Source: Patescibacteria group bacterium UBA4473 (GTDB taxonomy: Bacteria; Patescibacteriota; Gracilibacteria; UBA4473). From it: a DNA stretch of 64,000 nt. The notes under the pieces were generated by a model, which made no database searches, was not told the DNA's origin, and saw only the letters and a list, made by a program, of their open reading frames with translations. The stretch spans positions 22,194 through 86,193 of the forward strand of contig DGOF01000041.1 of the NCBI GenBank assembly GCA_002389285.1. The letters are read 5' to 3'. This document shows positions 62,122-64,000 of the stretch, in pieces. The position numbers and the translations under genes are program-made. The first letter of the stretch is position 1. Each line of letters begins with the position of its first letter.

Positions 62122-63300
62122 TTAAAAATGCTCACGCAGTAATGCCGCGGCTTGTTCCACCTGCTCCAACGTTGGCATGAGGGCAAAACGCACAAAGTTT
62201 TCCCCTGGATTTTCACCTTCAAAATCAAGTTCCGAAATCCACGCTCCTGGCGTACACACAATCGCAATCTCAGGAGACAATAATTTTTTCGCAAAGTCGA
62301 CCCCTGTCATCCCTTCGGGCGCTTTTTGCCAGACATAAAAGGTCGAATCAGGAAGACATTCGGGCAGACCAATGTCACGAAATGCCGACAATAAAATATC
62401 CTGCTTGGTTTTATATTCTTCTCGCATAGAAGCCACGTGATCTTCATCTTCCAGCGCGACAATCGCCGCATCCTGAGAAGCGTTGATCACGCCTGAGTCC
62501 ACATTCAATTTCATTTTCTTAAAAATACCAACCAGATCCGCATCTCCCCCAACCCAACCAATACGGTAATTGGTCATATTATTTCTTTTTGAGAGCGAAT
62601 AAAACGTAATCACTCCTTCTTTCGCCACTTCCAAAATCGAATGAGGCTTGTCCCCAAAATAAATATCAATATAACACCCCTCATCCGCCGCAATAATCAG
62701 ATCATGGCTTCGTGCCCATGCATAAAATTTTCGATACCAATCAAGACTTGGAGAAGCTCCTGTCGGAGAATTTGGATACTGAGTCCAAATCATGACCGCC
62801 TTGTCGGCCACCTCGTCCGGAATAGATTCAAAATCAATTAAGAAATTATTTTCTTCTCGCAGTGGCACATAAAAAGGCGTCCCCCCCGCAAATCGAACAC
62901 CATTTTTCATAGATGGATACCCCGGCGTCGGAACAATAACCGTATCTCCCGGGTTTACATGACAAAATCCATAGTGAAACACCGCTTCTTTGGAGCCATT
63001 GGTGACCGCAATTTCCCGGTCCATATCTAACGCTACCCCAAAAGAACGCTTCATATAAGCACTTGCCGCCTCACGAAAATTTGGATTTCCAAAATTACTC
63101 GGATATCCAAATTGAGTATTTTCTGCTAATGATTTCTGAGCCGCCTGCACAATAAAGTCCGGCGTTGGCGACGTTGGATCACCCACCCCAAAATCAATCG
63201 GCGTAATATTCTGAGCTTTCAAATTCGCCACGAGCTTATCAACTTCCGCAAAAGGATAAGGGGGCGTATCAGAAAGAGGGCGCGAAATGGGAAAATTCAT
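62122..63300 (-). CDS. dapL: Class I/II aminotransferase, probable LL-diaminopimelate aminotransferase
   Basis: PIDFGVGDP and YSLSKRNNMTNYRIGW (PLP Lys). The first gene of the lysC-asd-dapB-dapA-lysA string. No dapD/dapC/dapE is seen in the window. Confidence 0.6.
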   Translation of the reverse strand: MNFPISRPLSDTPPYPFAEVDKLVANLKAQNITPIDFGVGDPTSPTPDFIVQAAQKSLAENTQFGYPSNFGNPNFREAASAYMKRSFGVALDMDREIAVTNGSKEAVFHYGFCHVNPGDTVIVPTPGYPSMKNGVRFAGGTPFYVPLREENNFLIDFESIPDEVADKAVMIWTQYPNSPTGASPSLDWYRKFYAWARSHDLIIAADEGCYIDIYFGDKPHSILEVAKEGVITFYSLSKRNNMTNYRIGWVGGDADLVGIFKKMKLNVDSGVINASQDAAIVALEDEDHVASMREEYKTKQDILLSAFRDIGLPECLPDSTFYVWQKAPEGMTGVDFAKKLLSPEIAIVCTPGAWISELDFEGENPGENFVRFALMPTLEQVEQAAALLREHF

Positions 63301-63407
63301 ATAAAAAATCTTAGACAACGAGGAAATTTGTATCACTTTGGCCTTTGTTTGTACATGTTTTTTACAATTTATTTGTTTTTTAACATATTCTGTTATATTT
63401 ATAACAA

Positions 63408-64000
63408 ATGATAAAAGTTTCTGATGCCATCAAAGACATTGTTAACGAAAATCATTTTTTAGAATTCGGACTCGCCCATCGCATTTGTAATCTCTCGCAA
63501 TTAGCCAAATTTATCAAACCGCTCGTTGAAATAAGAACCCAAAAAGAAGTCTCAAGTGCGGCTCTTACGATGGCCCTTTCCCGAATCCAACAAACCCAAC
63601 ACGCAAAGCAGGTGCAAATGACCGCTTTTTCAATCCAAGAAATGCGAATCTACCGAAACCTCGCCACTCAAAGTTTCCCCAAAACCAAAGCCAACACCAA
63701 CGCCATACACAAAATTCAAGACTGGTGCCATGATCTGGGAATTTATTTCGTCCTCTCGGAAGGCGCACGAGAAATGACGTTTATCTTCGATAAAGAAGCC
63801 CGATCCACCGTGAACCGATTCATGAAAGAACTCTCTCTTTATCGCAATGACTATATATCCTGTATCAGTGTTCGGTTCGACGAAAAATTCATCTGGGTCC
63901 CCGGACATCTGTACTCTATTTTGCAAAAACTCAATTTTCAAAACATTAACCTGATCGAAGTATCTTCCACCTATACGGAATTCAACCTCTACCTCGAAGA
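63408..64000 (+). CDS. Hypothetical protein, 3' end off-window (possible HTH-like N-terminus plus ACT-like domain)
   Basis: My own translation from the ATG at 63408: MIKVSDAIKDIVNENHFLEFGLAHRICNLSQLAKFIKP...ISVRFDEKFIWVPGHLYSILQKLNFQNINLIEVSS... It is open to the window end and absent from the ORF track because it has no stop. Confidence 0.5.
   Translation, partial: MIKVSDAIKDIVNENHFLEFGLAHRICNLSQLAKFIKPLVEIRTQKEVSSAALTMALSRIQQTQHAKQVQMTAFSIQEMRIYRNLATQSFPKTKANTNAIHKIQDWCHDLGIYFVLSEGAREMTFIFDKEARSTVNRFMKELSLYRNDYISCISVRFDEKFIWVPGHLYSILQKLNFQNINLIEVSSTYTEFNLYLE

Noticed and set aside
63301-63407. Lysine riboswitch or leader upstream of the dapL-lysC operon; T-box leaders upstream of alaS, aspS and hisS
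   Set aside because: The available spacers (107, 24, 55 and 131 nt) are too short for these elements, and no conserved cores were seen.
63565-63941. Two minus-strand ORFs (67 and 103 aa) at the right edge
   Set aside because: They lie antisense to a longer open frame (63408 to beyond 64000) that has better protein-like sequence. The ORF track omitted that frame only because it lacks a stop in the window.
1-64000. Alternative genetic code (UGA recoding, as in some candidate phyla)
   Set aside because: Recognisable genes end at TGA at their expected lengths (for example hisS and hicA). No conserved gene is broken by in-frame TGA.

Overview
This is a 64-kb, very tightly packed bacterial segment with about 60 protein genes. 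Many have 4-nt ATGA start/stop overlaps, and convergent genes sit 0-10 nt apart. I saw no rRNA, tRNA, CRISPR array or transposase. The standard genetic code fits: long intact ORFs, with TGA used as a stop (for example at hisS).

Most genes are recognisable but divergent housekeeping genes:
- translation and export: secY, lepA, pth, alaS, aspS, hisS, rpmH-rnpA-yidC
- cell envelope and division: murA, ftsK, an FtsB-like gene
- DNA: dprA, xerC-like recombinase
- metabolism: fbp, hom
- a seven-gene Enterococcus-type V-ATPase cluster (ntpF-like/I/K/E/C/F-subunit/A)
- a complete-looking aspartate-to-lysine/DAP operon (dapL-lysC-asd-dapB-dapA-lysA)

The compactness, the truncated AlaRS, the domain fusions and the divergence suggest an uncultivated small-genome bacterium (CPR/Patescibacteria-like). 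That placement is an inference I cannot test here.

The regions most worth a second look:
1. 21.0-28.9 kb: a three-gene operon of secreted, tail-fibre-like/anchor proteins, an SLH-like protein and a sensor-less HK-RR-HK module. These are linked by a recurring phased direct-repeat box, ATTAAWTY-N3-ATTAAWTY.
2. 10.15-13.46 kb: a RelA/SpoT homologue fused to a roughly 14-TM region that ends in an EamA/DMT transporter.
3. 49.2-55.1 kb: two paralogous unknown proteins translationally coupled to an atypical Ser/Thr kinase, then a VanW protein and a second kinase.
4. 28.9-30.0 kb: a cysteine-free MutY-like glycosylase fused to a canonical Nudix (MutT-like) domain.
5. 42.1-42.7 kb: a G+C-rich islet.

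All calls rest on reading the supplied translations and DNA by eye. No database search, HMM or structure prediction was run.
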